This document shows positions 1 to 12,853 of a stretch of DNA of 64,000 nt, in pieces (position 1 is the stretch's first letter; every line of letters starts with the position of its first letter). The notes beneath the pieces were generated by a model. That model did not search any database. It was not told the origin of the DNA and saw only the letters and a program-made list of their open reading frames with translations. This DNA is from Octopus vulgaris. Lineage: Eukaryota. The stretch is taken from the NCBI GenBank assembly GCA_951406725.2, contig OX597830.1:4774001-4838000 (forward strand), in the 5' to 3' direction. The translations under genes were made by a program, and so were the position numbers.

Positions 1-108
1 AGTTTAAGGACCTCTGATCTAACTATTCTTCAGTTTTTCTTGGTCTAGTCTAGTGGATAATCTGTTTTTTTTTTAATTTTATTTTTATCTGTCATAAGGG
101 ATATTAAG

Positions 109-147
109 GCTGTCTGATGAAGCTGACATACTCTGAAAGTTCAAAGC
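109..147 (+). ncRNA. Minimal type-I hammerhead ribozyme-like motif (slightly decayed)
   Basis: GCTGT-CTGATGA-AG ctgacata CT ct-GAA-AGTT-C-AAAGC. Core boxes are intact, stem I is GCTGT/AAAGC (1 mismatch), helix III is near-palindromic, and a (TA)n run follows. Confidence 0.55.
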
Positions 148-394
148 TACTGAGTTACTACATTCATATATATATATATATATAAATTAGAAAAAAAGCA
201 CCTTTTATCAATTCAAAAGGAACAATTAAATTACACCATCTAAAAATTACATATAATAGAAATAATAAAATTAAAATAACAATCATATACTGATGATTAA
301 GTAAACTGCAAAATAATAATAATTATTATATATATATACAGAAACAATATTTATAAAATACTGTATTAGTTTATTGCTTAAAAGAAAATGGGAA

Positions 395-432
395 CTTCTT
401 GATATTTTGGGCATTAGTCCTTCGTCTGAAGG
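395..432 (-). ncRNA. Decayed hammerhead motif at the end of a pyrimidine-rich (minus-sense) PLE-like segment
   Basis: Minus strand cttCAGACGA-AGG actaatg CC c-AAAA-TATC-aagaag is a mutated CTGACGA..GAAACGTC. On the minus strand it is preceded by a ~500-bp CT-rich tract (430-930). Confidence 0.35.
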
Positions 433-1109
433 AAGAGAGAAGCATAGAGGGAGTAAGAAAGAAAAAGTTGGGTGAAAGATCAGGCGCTAAGTGGGAATGT
501 GGTTCAACGGAAAGAAGAGGGTAGGTGTGTATACGCAAGTGTAACAGTGTAGAGACATGCATATATAGGTGGAGGCAGTTGTATGTGTAGAAATATAGTG
601 GCATTGGTGCATGGGGATATGATGTGTTGGTGTGTGTGTGTGTGAGGAAAGCATGGCAGCAAGGAAGTGGGAAAAGTTGTAAGTATGAGACAAATGGGAA
701 AAGGATGAGGAATGTGGATTGTATGAGAGAAATGTGTGCAACGGTATGGGTGTGAGATGCTGTTACATGGAAGGAAGGGACAAAAGAAATGAAAGTGAAA
801 GAAAAGTTCAGAGGAAGAAGAGAAATCAGAGAGAAATTAATTACAATATTTATGACTGGCTAAAAAAAGAAAGAGTGAGAAATATTATGAGGCCTGTGAG
901 AGAGGAAATATGTAGGAGAATGATGAATAGGATAAATACTGAATAATGAATGACATAATTGTTCTACAGAATATATAAATGAACATCACATAAATCGAAT
1001 ATCTAAAGATGATGAATAATGTTTAAAGCCTTTAACGATGTCTACTTTGCATATCATTGAAGCTAATTTTTATGTTAGATAGTTGCGTGATAACCATTTG
1101 ATGTGGAGT

Positions 1110-1270
<161 letters not shown>

Positions 1271-1343
1271 CTTTGCATATCATTGAAAGTGCTTCATTTG
1301 CCAGATACAATCCTAGATTGATAGCCAATTGCTAATTCCATTA

Positions 1344-1384
<41 letters not shown>

Positions 1385-1410
1385 GTTAAATGCGATACAA
1401 TAAAATTAAT

Positions 1411-1468
<58 letters not shown>

Positions 1469-1476
1469 TCAGTCAA

Positions 1477-1595
1477 GCTTATAATCGTGAGGTTGTGAGT
1501 TCAGTTCCCAGACCAGGCTGTGTGTTGTATTCTTGAGCAAGGCACTTTATTTCACATTGCTCCAGTTCATTCAGCTGTAGAAATGAGTTGTGATC
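1477..1595 (+). mobile_element. 5'-part of a tRNA-derived CORE-like SINE (related copies ~3925-4265 minus, 43170-43300 plus, 48380-48596 minus)
   Basis: B-box-like GAGTTCAGTTCC followed by cttgagcaaggcactttatttcac..ctccagttcattcagctg, repeated at 43170-43300. Confidence 0.6.
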
Positions 1596-1629
1596 TCCCT
1601 GGTTCCAACATACACACATATATATAAAT

Positions 1630-1912
1630 AAAATCAAAATAAGTAGACACAGAACGACTTTAACACATCTTTAATGATCAGTTACAATTGTTTCTACACC
1701 AACTCTGCTTGCAACGCCAGACCACACTAAAGTTCTGAGTGAAAAGAGTACTGAAAAAGTGCCACCCTAATGATTATAACCACAAATACTATGTAAATTT
1801 TCCCCTTGAACTTTTTGCATAAACAGATGTTGAAAGCAGACTTGGTGCAGAAACAACTGATAGTTGAAGATGTGTTCAAGTTCTCTTTGTTTTCTTATTT
1901 CAATTCTATTTT
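1630..1912. mobile_element. Decayed inverted-repeat element between (TA)n runs, with hammerhead remnants (PLE-like)
   Basis: Arms ~1630-1715 and ~1828-1912 are reverse complements. The left arm on minus reads GAA-ACAATTGT-A (palindromic helix III). On plus, CTGAAAA..tgccacc....ggtgca-GAAA spans 1751-1851. Confidence 0.5.
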
Positions 1913-1917
1913 ACTCC

Positions 1918-1948
<31 letters not shown>

Positions 1949-2284
1949 CACACACATACATATATATATACACATATATATATATATACATATATATTTG
2001 CACATATATATATACATATATATATATTTACGCACATATATATTTGTTCATACATATATATACATATATATATACATGCATATACATATATATATATACA
2101 CACATACATCATCATCATCATCATCATCATTTAACGTCCATTTTCCATGCTGGCAGGGTTTGAACAGTTTGACCAGCTGAAGGGATGTCCAAGTTCCATG
2201 TCTGTTTCTGTTTTGACATGGTTTCCATGCTTCTATCTATCAATCTATATATATAGAATAAAACCGGTAAATTTATTCCAGGGT

Positions 2285-2568
2285 AGCACTACAATTGTTT
2301 CATTGAGATGTTTATTGTGACATAGACATCACACAAGTAGTTGTGTATAGATATGTAATATCAATAATGACATGCAATGTGTTACATATAAACCCTCAAA
2401 TCATCAAATAATACCATAATTCAGGTGATGAGAATATGATATGCCTTTTTGCGCTCAGTACAGTGGCTTTGCACACTCTACTCACTTGAGCTTTGGTATA
2501 ATCTGACAATTTGAGGGATCATATGTAATGTATTACATAACCTTATTGATATTGGATATAACTATTTG
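2285..2568 (-). mobile_element. Decayed inverted repeat carrying a long-stem-II hammerhead remnant
   Basis: Minus strand TTGATGA-t-ttgagggtttat....ataaacatctcaa-t-GAA-ACAATTGT-A (2410 to 2290). 2335-2428 and 2482-2568 are degenerate reverse complements. Confidence 0.5.
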
Positions 2569-3162
2569 CATTATGTTTATGTAGTAGTGAGCTGGTGGTA
2601 TCAGTGGCATGCCAGACGAAATGCTTTGTGTTCTTTCGTCTGCCACCATGTTGTGAGTTCAAATTTCGCCAAGGTCGACTTTGCCATTCATCCTTTTGGG
2701 GTCGCTAAATTAAGTACCAGTTACACTATGGAGTCAAGGTAATCGAATAGGCTCCTCCCCCAAATTTCAGGCCTTGTGCCTGTAAGAGAAAGGGTTATCT
2801 TCATGTCACAATAAAATCTCTTAAACAATTATTGACATACTGTAAAATCCATTTGTGTGTTATATTTATTATATCATGCCACAGTTAAAGTTCCAATTAA
2901 ATTTGGATACTCCTAGATTTGCAGAATATCAAAGACCAATAAACTTTCCTTCACTGATATCTCCTTCACAACCTGAATGGATTGTTATGGCTGTTGATTT
3001 GTACCATTTCGTCTAGACACCATATGTAGTATTCTTTCCTTTGATCAACCTCAATTTATTCAATATATCCACATCAACGTGAGTGATGTATATATATATA
3101 TATGGAAAAGAGGAGGGAGTGTTGACATGGTTCTGTGTCTTTGAAATTTGCTTCATACAAAT

Positions 3163-3226
3163 ACACACACACACAGACAGACAGACAGACAGAAAGACAG
3201 ACAGACAGACAGACAGGCAGGCAGGC

Positions 3227-3285
<59 letters not shown>

Positions 3286-3314
3286 GTGTGCATGTGTGTG
3301 TGTGTGTGTGTGTG
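3163..3314. repeat. Compound microsatellite (AC)n(AGAC)n(AGGC)n(AGAT)n(GT)n
   Basis: Direct inspection. Confidence 0.95.
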
Positions 3315-3691
3315 CATGCATCTTTGAGTGTTTGATTCTGTATTTTCAAATTAGCCCCATTTGGACTGATGGTTCCATTTTTATAGTATCTGAACCAGAT
3401 CCAGAACCTGGATTATTTTTAGGGGACTGCACCAAAAAAGCTAAGCAGAAACTAATCAAAGTAAAATTTATTATCATATTTAGAGAGGGAAGACTGTCAA
3501 GCATTTTCCCCAGGGTGCTAACATCTCTGCCAGCCCACTGCCTTCCTGCTGTAGAATATTGTCTGAATAATTCTTGGACAATCCATAACAGCATGCAAGA
3601 AGGAAACATAAAATGATTATGATGTGTTATGTATCGCACATGTTATATATCATTCAAAATGTAACCACATGTGAATTGTTGGCATTCCTCT

Positions 3692-3810
3692 GTTTGTGAA
3701 GAAGAGCTTTACTCAAAATGTTAAACCATCTTTCTTTCCTTCCCTGAGCGTCTGCTAATACTCTACATGTACCATGTACTTGTGTTGTTTTTCTTGTGTT
3801 TGTTCTTCAT
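3692..3810 (+). mobile_element. Decayed copy of the 38219 hammerhead-bearing family
   Basis: gtttGTGAAGAagagctttactcAAAATGTTaaacc..ctgagcgtc..aatact..tgtgttgttttt, followed by (TA)n, aligns with 38219-38340. The catalytic core is mutated. Confidence 0.6.
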
Positions 3811-5960
3811 TTTATATATATATACATATATATATACACACACACACACACACATACACATGTATGTACATGAGTGTGTACAAGAATATGAATACATGTG
3901 TATATATAACTAACACACTATATATAGGGAAAATACCCCCTTCATTCATGAATGACCATGGGATTGCACCTAGAAAATTCCCCTCTGAGTCACAAGTCAG
4001 GGCAAGGTTGTTTATGGAAGACCAACAGTTACCCATGCACACCAGCCTCACCTCTCCACGCCACTGATGTTATTCAAGGGAAAAGCAAAAGCCGATTCTG
4101 CTTGGCAGCAGTGATGTTGCAACTAATTTCTACAGCTGAGTCAACTGGGGCAACATGAAAATAAAGTGTCTTGCTCAAGAACTCAATATGCAGAATATAT
4201 GTCGGGAAATCAAACTCACTACCTCATGATTGTAAGGCTGATGCTCAAACCACTGAACCAGGCGCCTTCATTTATATATACATACATGCATAAACATATG
4301 TAATAAATGGAGCAATATTTTAACTGTAACATATATGAGAGAGAGAGAGGGAGGAGAGAGAGAGAGAGAGCGAGAGAGATGGAATGCAGAATAAGCTCGA
4401 AGCTAATATAGTTCATTAATAAAAATGATTAACTGAAGAATATAAAAAAAAGCCTTATTCTAAAGAACACTGAAATATATAAAAGAATTGAAAGAGGCTC
4501 AACATTTTTCTCTTTCTGATGAAACAGACTTTTTTTCTTTTTTTTGCTTTTGCTGTTTGTTGTTGTTCAATATAATAACCAAGTTTCTGTTGGGCTTCCT
4601 TTCTATTTCCATATCTGATGAGGTCATGATGCCATGTTAATTAGAACCAGTTTGATAGAAATCAGCAAGCCTTAAAAACAATTAACCAACAAAAACCCGC
4701 AAGGCCTTCTGTAGCCAGAAATGCTTTGTCTTTGGATTATTTTCATGCTGCTGGAAGGTTTTAGAAGCAGTGCTGTCAATGTCTATGTAGAATGGCAAAC
4801 AAAGGAATGATTCTGCAGTGCATTTCTTTTGTGTTTAAAATTCAAATGATTTTTATTTATAAATTTATATTTCAATGAAAAGTAAAAGCGTTGTTGTTAT
4901 ATTGCCATCATTAAGAATAATCTAACAGATATTTCATGTTCTGAATGTTTTCACTTGGCAACTATGGTAAGCACTCATTTCTGTTTGCAAGAAATAATAT
5001 GAATATTAATTCTACAATACGTTTACACAGGCAGCTGTTTCATATTTGAATTGGTTTTTTCTTCTTTTTTTTTTATATACTTTGATCATCAGGTTCATGG
5101 TTTAATGACTGTGAAATTGTTACAGTACTTGGGAGTAAGTGATATCTACAATCGGATGCCCTTCCTCTTATCAACCATTTAACAGAGAGTACTGGGTGAT
5201 GCATTTGTGGCACCAGCCTGAGGAAGGTTGCACAGTAGCTTGCAAGACAAAGAATATATATATATGACTATGCACCACATAAATTAAGTTTGAATAACAA
5301 GTGGGACAACTAACTACAGAATGTAATTACTCCAACAGAACTATTCCATTCTTTCAAAGAAACTGAATGTAAATTGGGGGAACAAAGCTTGTTAAACCTA
5401 ACGTATTTGTTATCAGACAAACTGAAATTCCCTGCTCTTTTTCTTACATTATTGCACATCTGATCTTCCATACTAGCAAAAGTCAAACAACTTTTACATA
5501 TTTGGACATTTGCATTTAGTTGGAGAAAAGATCTATCATACAAAAATAGGTGCCAGTTTAATTTCAAGAAATTCTCAATTTCAAAAAATGGTAAACATTA
5601 TATAAACATTCTTTTATTAAATCTTAGTTAATTAACTAATTACAGCAATAAGAAACAGAGAAAGAAAATGATTCAATAAAATAAAATAGTAATTTTAGTT
5701 AAGCAAAAAATGACAGAGGCCACTTCCAATCATCTTCTAGACTGTGATCACTTATTGATCACTTTTAAAGATTACACTGCTTTTGAAGGTGAAGGGGGAC
5801 GAAAAGATGCATTTATTGAAAATAGTTTTGCTTTATTAATCTACATTCATTTTCTGCTGGATGTGTTGTTAATGATAAAACTATTAACATTATATAATTA
5901 CATTCTAAGTAATTTATACAGCAACTATAATAATTTAACTTAAAATTGATAGTATATTAT

Positions 5961-6360
5961 TCTGTTCTATATCTGAGAGGTGAGGAATTCTGGACATTAT
6001 TTACATTGGATGGATATGTATCCTCCTCTTATTTGATGTTACCACAATGTTTCAGCTGATCCACTATCCAGCGTTCATCATGTGTCCTGCTAGAATTTTG
6101 TACCCAACCTTGGGTTCTCATTCCTAAGGTATTTTTTTGATGATGTTAATAATAGTAATAATAATAATAATAATAATAATAGTGATGATGATGATGATGA
6201 TGACATCATCAAAAAATCCGTTAGGAATGAGAACCCAGGGTTGGGTTCAAAATTCTAGCAGGACACCTGATGAACGCTGGATAGTGAATCAGCTGAAACA
6301 TTGTGGTAAACAAACAAGACGGGGGACACATATCTGTTCAATATAAAAAATGTGAATAAT
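5961..6360. mobile_element. Palindromic element: ~155-bp inverted arms around a (TAA)n(TGA)n core, hammerhead motif in each arm
   Basis: Arms ~5994-6147 and ~6203-6354 are reverse complements. The right arm has CAC-CTGATGA-a-c-GCTGgatagtgaatCAGC-t-GAA-ACAT-T-GTG (6264-6305). The left arm has the same motif on minus with C3 mutated. Confidence 0.8.
6264..6305 (+). ncRNA. Minimal type-I hammerhead ribozyme motif
   Basis: CTGATGA 6267-6273, stem II GCTG/CAGC, GAAA 6295-6298, stem I CAC/GTG. Helix III ACAT may be a CpG-decayed ACGT palindrome. Confidence 0.65.
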
Positions 6361-6619
6361 GAATAGTATATCATGTTAGCAAAAACCATGACTAAAATGG
6401 AATTATTTGAAAATTACAAACAAAATCATGGTAAATAATAAAACTGTATAAGTTTCAGGCATTGAAATCAGGAAGTCCTATTGCTTCTGAAAACTTGCAA
6501 GGTTAATTTATAATTTTTCAAAAAGAAGAAATTCCTTTCATATATGCCTGCATAGATATGATGTTTCTTTTAAAAATGGAAACATTTGGGTTTGTAGAAC
6601 TACCAGTAACACATAAAAG

Positions 6620-6820
6620 TAGCTGTACTGGTGACACATTGAAGGTACATTCTGTAGAATGGTTGGCATCAGGAAGGGCATCCAGCTATGGAAAGCAGTC
6701 CAAAACAGACTGGAGCCTGGTACAGTTCTCTCACTTAACAGTTCCAGTCAAACCATCTAACCCATGCCGACGTGGAAAATGGATGCTAAATAGTGATGAT
6801 GATGATGATGATGATGATGA
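6620..6820 (+). mobile_element. SINE with (GAT)n tail (family C; further copies ~10735-10925+, 22113-22330-, 29960-30165+, 34085-34256+, 49375-49515+, 51245-51460+, 60362-60572+)
   Basis: Recurrent tggttggc(g/a)ttaggaagggcatccagc..aacccatgccagcatggaaa..gacgttaaatgatgatgat. Confidence 0.8.
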
Positions 6821-8756
6821 TTCTCTTTTTGCTACAACCAAATCATAATTCATTCAGACTCGTTAGATTACCAGTAAAAATTTGATCCTTAATAAAATGT
6901 CAACAAAATTTTTTAGAACAAGTGAAGAATTCAAAGACAACACAATATATTTTGAACCCCCAAAATTTACTTCTGACAATACGACTAATATTGGTTTCAA
7001 GCTCACAGTTTGTTGCAGAAACACAAGTGTGTGACAAATGGAAGCATAATTCTTTTTTTATAATTACATATAAACTTAGCATTGTTGAGGTAATCTATAA
7101 CTTGATTTTACTCCATGTTTGTACATTTAATAACGAGAGGGAAGAACACTGATGTGGCAGAGGAAGGTGACAGTTACTAGGTTTCTAAAGTTAATGGAAT
7201 AATTGTCATTGTACAGCTGAAGAAAGCAACAAAATATTGTCTTTAAACCTTCCTTATCTTTACTTACATACGGCTGCTTTAAGGTGTGCATGTGTGTGTG
7301 TGTGTGTACATGTGTATGTTTGTGTCTATATGCTGTAAATCCTCTATGTACGGAAAATAGTTGTTGAAGGGTTTTATATTACATGTTTATATACCCTGGG
7401 TAGAAAGACTTACATGTGATTTATTGACAACAAGAAAAAAAAAACTTGTTTAACTATAACAGTATATATAAGATTCTTAATTATCTTAATCTGGATCTTT
7501 GTAATAAATTCTTAACTTTGTTTTCTGTGGACTCAAGGATTAAGTTCTGAATTAAATTACCAGATCTAAACGATGTTAAGCTCTTTTACAGTTATATTTC
7601 ATAAAGTTTGAAGTCGAGAGTTGTTTAATAGATCAGCCACTAACAAAATCTCCTTTCCAACTAAATGGTTATTCCTGTAGAGTAAAATTAATCTGGTTAT
7701 TTAACAGTAATATTTATAGAGAAGTTCTCCTTTCCTAATCAATTTATAAAAGGAAATGGGTGAATAAATGACTCCTTCCACAATCCTCTTTCCTTCTCCT
7801 CCTCCTCCTCCTCCCCCCACTCCTCCAACTTGTTTGCATGTGTCCCCACCCTCATCCATTCTTGCTCTCTCTTCTCACATACCACCATCATTTTCTCCTC
7901 AAAATCCTGGTCCCATTTCAAGTGACCTGGGTTTTATTAGAAACTTTGCTTCCCTCTTTCTCAATCTTCTCTCACTCTCTGTACCCTTTCACCACAACTT
8001 TCTCTCACTCTTTCTTCCTGTTTCTGTTGTACATGTATTTCAAAGGGGCCAGCCTTGTCACACTCTGAATCTCCCCGAGAACTACATTAAGAGTACATGT
8101 GTCTGTGGAGTGCTCAGCCACTTGCATGTTAATTTCACGAGCAAGCTGTTCTGTTGATTGGGTCAACTGGAACCCCCATCATCAAAACAAACAGAATGCT
8201 GTAATTATATGATATATTAATCCCCTATATATTATGTTGAAACTTCAGCTATATTACAGATATACTAACTGAGGTTTCAAATTAATATATAAAGTGATTT
8301 CATTGAATCAGTAAATATGAAGGCTGTTGTTATTGTTTTTAAGGGCATACACTAAAATAAAGAAAGGTTGATCACAGCTGGAAACAATAAGTGAACATTT
8401 TAATCTTCAGTTTCTCTACTCAAAGTTGCAACGTCAATCCACAACTGTAATTAGCTTCTTTAATTTTGATTAAAAAGAAAAAAGAACAAATTGTACCAAA
8501 TTTTAACAATTCTTTTCTTTGTAAAATGATGTTTAGATATCATTAAGTTTAATCTCTCATAAAAGGAAACATCTGACTACATCCCTCTCTTTCTTCTCTG
8601 GTTCTTCCAATCCAGTAAGACACACCTGCTTGCATGGAGATGGAGTGGTGTATAAGTCAATGGAATTGAATGCATGGAATACAAGTTATGCCATGGAAGG
8701 TCTATTAGAGAAGCAACAAAAGTAACACACACACACACACACACATATATATATGG

Positions 8757-9172
8757 AACAGAAGGGCTAAGCAGTGATGCGTATAAACACAAACTTGTTA
8801 TCCATTCAAATATGCTTGAGGCATATTTGAAAATGTAAAAAAGTCATTCAGTGTATTTTGTGACAGAAAAATTTCTCACTGTAGATAAATAGGCGTAAAC
8901 GCATCAAATCAGTTCGAAATGCCCTCTAACCAGACTGATGGATACATGCATTTTGGAGTGGCTATCTCCTCTTTCGCACCAGATACCAGAAAGCAGGGAA
9001 TGTTAGGAACTTTCAAGAAATAGATATCTTCTATTATATTCCTATCATCATACTGTGAATGGTTGCACTAATTAGTGGCATACCGTAAATAAAATACAGA
9101 ATAGAAATGCTGAGCAGTGATGTGGATAAACACAAATTTGTTACCAGTTCAAATATGCTTGGGGCATATTCA
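8757..9172. repeat. ~70-bp diverged direct repeat pair (8760-8830, 9104-9172) between (TA)n runs
   Basis: gctaagcagtgatgcgtataaacacaaacttgtta..ttcaaatatgcttgaggcatatt vs gctgagcagtgatgtggataaacacaaatttgtta..ttcaaatatgcttggggcatatt. Confidence 0.75.
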
Positions 9173-11022
9173 AATCCTAAAGAAAGTTATCCACCATAAG
9201 GCAATTATATATATATATATATACATATGAGAAGCTTAACATCATATATTTTAAAATCAATAGTGTATAAGTGTGATTGAGAGAGATGGTAGCTTACAAA
9301 TAGAGGCTGCAAGCTAAGAGTGAGACAACTACGCATAATAAGGCAGAAAATAATTGGTAATTATGTTAAAAACAAAACAAAAATATGGCCCATTATTGCA
9401 AGGTGAATCCATAATTCTAATTAGTTTTTCTCATTTTACATATCTTCTTACATTATTTCCAAACATTGTTCTTAATGTCATCATAATGGTTTGTTAGAGA
9501 TTCTCCATTAATTTATGCAATAAATTTCATTTCTTTCTCAGTTTCCACACCTTACTCTCTATATTATTAATCAGGTTCATGAAATAACCTTCCTATTTGA
9601 TTATTAAAAACCATTTAATTAACTTTATATTACTTAATCAACATATTTCAGAAATAAATGTTGACAAAACAACAAAAATATAGACAGTATTTATGTGTAA
9701 TTAAAGAAAACAAATGAGAGAGAGAGAGAGAGAGAGAGAGGGTATGAACATTTACTGAATGATGATGATGACATCACTGTCTCTATGCACATAACACTGT
9801 TTGTCCTTGGGTGCATCAGTGTAGCAGCTTAATATCTATTTTAGATGCAATCCTCTGAAAGGAAACACAACTATACTCATTCATCATCCCCTACCAATAA
9901 CAAACACAAAACAATATTTTTCATGTTCACTTTTCCATTCTGGTACAAGTTTTTAGAAAGAAATTTGAAATTGTTTCAACACTAATATTAAATATATGGT
10001 TACAGGACAATAGACCAAAAATCTTTGGTTCAGTAAACATGTTTTCCCACATGGGTTAGCACGGAAAGATGAGGCACAATCAGTTCTTCTTGTTACCAAT
10101 CCTTGCCAATAAGATATTTCTTTATTCTACAGATCTTTGAAAGTGAAGTGACCAGCCACCCCTACATACCTCTGACATCCAACTCAATCACTGTACATTT
10201 CTCTTTCACTAACACTCCACCTCTTCCCCTCTACACAGTATTTCCATATTTTCTTATCTACCTACAGGTTTATTAAACTGTTATTTTTCTCCCTTTTTTT
10301 AAACCTACAATTTATCACCCATTCCTTTCTGAATTACTCCTATTCTCCTCCCCCCACTCCCTGATATTTGCCACCAACCACACCATCTTTGTTCTATTCC
10401 TTACATTCACCTTTACACCCATCTCTAACCATCTATCACTCTCCTCTGCCTCTAATGGATTCAACTACCCATCTTTCCCGATCCTGTTCTCTCATACTCA
10501 CCTTCTTGTATTCTGGGGGGTACATTTTCACACCCCCACCATGGTTATCTTCTTTCCAGTTACCCCCACCCATTCTTATATCATGTAGAACAGCCTTGTA
10601 TCTCCTCTATAGAAAGACACCTGTGCCAGTCCCCCTGTCATACCTGAAATTCTCAACACCTTACATAAAACCATTTCCCTCTCAGTGCCAACCCCACTCA
10701 GTGGCAGGCTCTTTGCTTTGTTTTACAACCTCACAAGTGCCAGTGACAGGGAAAAGTATGCAGTACACTTTGTACAATATTTAGTATTAGGAAGGGAATA
10801 CAGCTGTAGAAACCATGCCAAAGCAGATATGAACTTCAATATTGTTTGTCAGCTCATTATATCCTGTCAAAATCTCCAACTCATGCCAGCATGAAAGACA
10901 GATGTGAGATGATGATGATGATGTTGACATGCAACATTGATAATTTACTCCTTGGTTGATTTTACAAGAATGCATCTCTCTAAATTAACATTCTATTTCA
11001 TTGAATATTGAAAATATTCTAT

Positions 11023-11400
11023 GAGCAGGCATGGTTGTGTGGTAAGAAGCTTGCTTCCCAAACACATAGTTCTGGGTTCAGTCACACTGCATGGTACTTT
11101 GGGCAAGTGTATTCTACTATAGCCTCAGGCTGACCAAAGCCTTCTGAGTGGATTTGGTAGATTGAAAAAAGACTAGCTGATATGTGTGTGTGTGTGTTTG
11201 TCCCCTACACTGCTTGGCAACTGGTCATTGGTGTATTTACATGCCTGTAACTTAGTGGTTCAGCAAAAGTGACTGATAGAATAAGTACCAGGCTTTAAAA
11301 AAAATAAGTACTGGGATTGATTCATTCAAATAAAAATTCTTCAAGGCAGTGCCCCAGTATGGCCACAATCCAATGACTGAAACAAGTAAAGGATAAAAGA
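11023..11400 (+). mobile_element. Full-length tRNA-derived SINE (family B; copies 27755-28124-, 39605-39995+, partial 29608-29770+, 44035-44215+, 59830-60040-, 60600-60770-, 63765-63985-)
   Basis: A-box-like TGGTTGTGTGGT, B-box-like GGTTCAGTC, CORE-like ttgggcaagtg, an internal (TG)n, and a 3' end gcagtgccccagtatggccacaatccaatgactgaaacaagtaaa shared among copies. Confidence 0.85.
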
Positions 11401-12099
11401 TACATTTGAAACCGTACACTCGATCATTAACTCTTTAAACTTTGTTTATCCCGCAAATCAATTTTACACATCTTCATGAACTCATTCTGAAATGGTCTCC
11501 TTGAGGCTTATTTTATGTAAATCTTTTAATTAATGTCCCAGAGACAGATTATAAAAACCAATAACAAATACAAAAAAAAAAAACATTGCCTTATGGAATT
11601 TAGTGCCAAATGTAGAATTACAATATCAATCAGGAATTATATATTGATTCACTAGTAATCCAATTTATAAACAGCTATGTACATATAAGATGTCAGACAT
11701 TGAGAACTATGAAAGGACGAGGACTCTATGAATTCTAGTTTGTGATAGGTTTGATAGCATGAAATCTTCTCAATATTTCACTATCTGAAATTCTAAAAAA
11801 AATTCTTTAGCGTCAATGAAAATAGTCCAAAAGTTTGCAGACATTCAGAAATAAAAGATCAATACACAAAATTTATTTCATCTTTGATGTATTTTAGTAA
11901 TAGCCATAATTTCTAATTCCTTCACACTTACAAGCCTCATCTGGCTACAGAAATTAATGGGAGGAATTCCTTTGGGATGCTGTTTATTTCCACACTAACA
12001 ATCTGTCAGAATGAAGTTTGTTCTGCAAAATTATTTTCCATCCTATTAGAAGAATTATAAATAGCAGGTTTGAACTTGCTGATTGGGTTAACGAAAGGG

Positions 12100-12329
12100 T
12101 TAACATTTTTATTATCACATTTCTGTTGAAATTTGCTGCCTTTATTTCAATTAATTTCAAAAATAATGAAGAATTTAGCCAACTAACTTTGTCATTATTA
12201 AGTTAGTGCTTGCAACAGAAATGAACATGAAATTTTAATGGAAAGTTTAAATTTTGATCATTTTAAAACATGAATTTTGTATCGTAGAACCAAGGGTAAT
12301 CTCAAGTGGGTTACTATCAAAAGAGTTGG
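12100..12329 (+). mobile_element. TTAA-flanked (piggyBac-type) MITE; reverse copy at 28262-28476, fragment ~16545-16681
   Basis: Shared internal sequence (tttcaattaattt..aagaatttag..taactttgtcattattaag) in inverted orientation at 28262-28476. Ends are degenerate TTAAC...AAAG(G/A)GTT. Confidence 0.55.
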
Positions 12330-12853
12330 AAGATAAGAGCCAGCCATATTGGTGTTGTTATTTGGAACAGAAAAAGAAAAAGTACAAAATGTAACAGATT
12401 TCAACTTTTGAATTTATTAGGAGTTACTTCGTTTCTTTTTCTGAAATTTTCAGTTTATATTTCATTTTTGAAATTCACCTAGAATCATTTTGAAATATCA
12501 TCTCAAAAGTTTGAAAAGTTTTTACAGTTTGTTTATTTTAGCTGTACATTGAAACCCATTGTTCCACTTGCATCAGTATCCACTACCTGAGATATTAACT
12601 TCATCCACTTCGAATTTTTAGAATTTGGCCCAGAAAAATGGCATTTCATTATAGAAGATAAGCATTAATTTATGCTAATCATTGAATGTTAAACACATTC
12701 AATTTATTTTAGTATATGATGTATTAATATAAATTACCAACAGAATTTGTTGATGCCAATTTAAAAACCTGGATCATTTGACATTCATAACATTTATTAT
12801 GAAGTCAGAGGTAATTTTAAAATAAATGAAAATTATTATTTTTTATTTTCCAG

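Noticed and set aside
3296-3639. Overlapping 106-aa and 97-aa ORFs as host exons
   Set aside because: No recognisable domain and no convincing splice pair; they lie between a microsatellite and a decayed repeat.
4515-4720. CTGATGA boxes at ~4516 and ~4616 (also ~290 and ~45339) as hammerheads
   Set aside because: I could not find a well-placed GAAA..NUH with pairable stems I and II.
12826-12853. ATG start of the 235-aa ORF
   Set aside because: MKIIIFYFP is the translated polypyrimidine tract, and the terminal TAA is part of the GTAAGT donor. The real unit is an internal exon.
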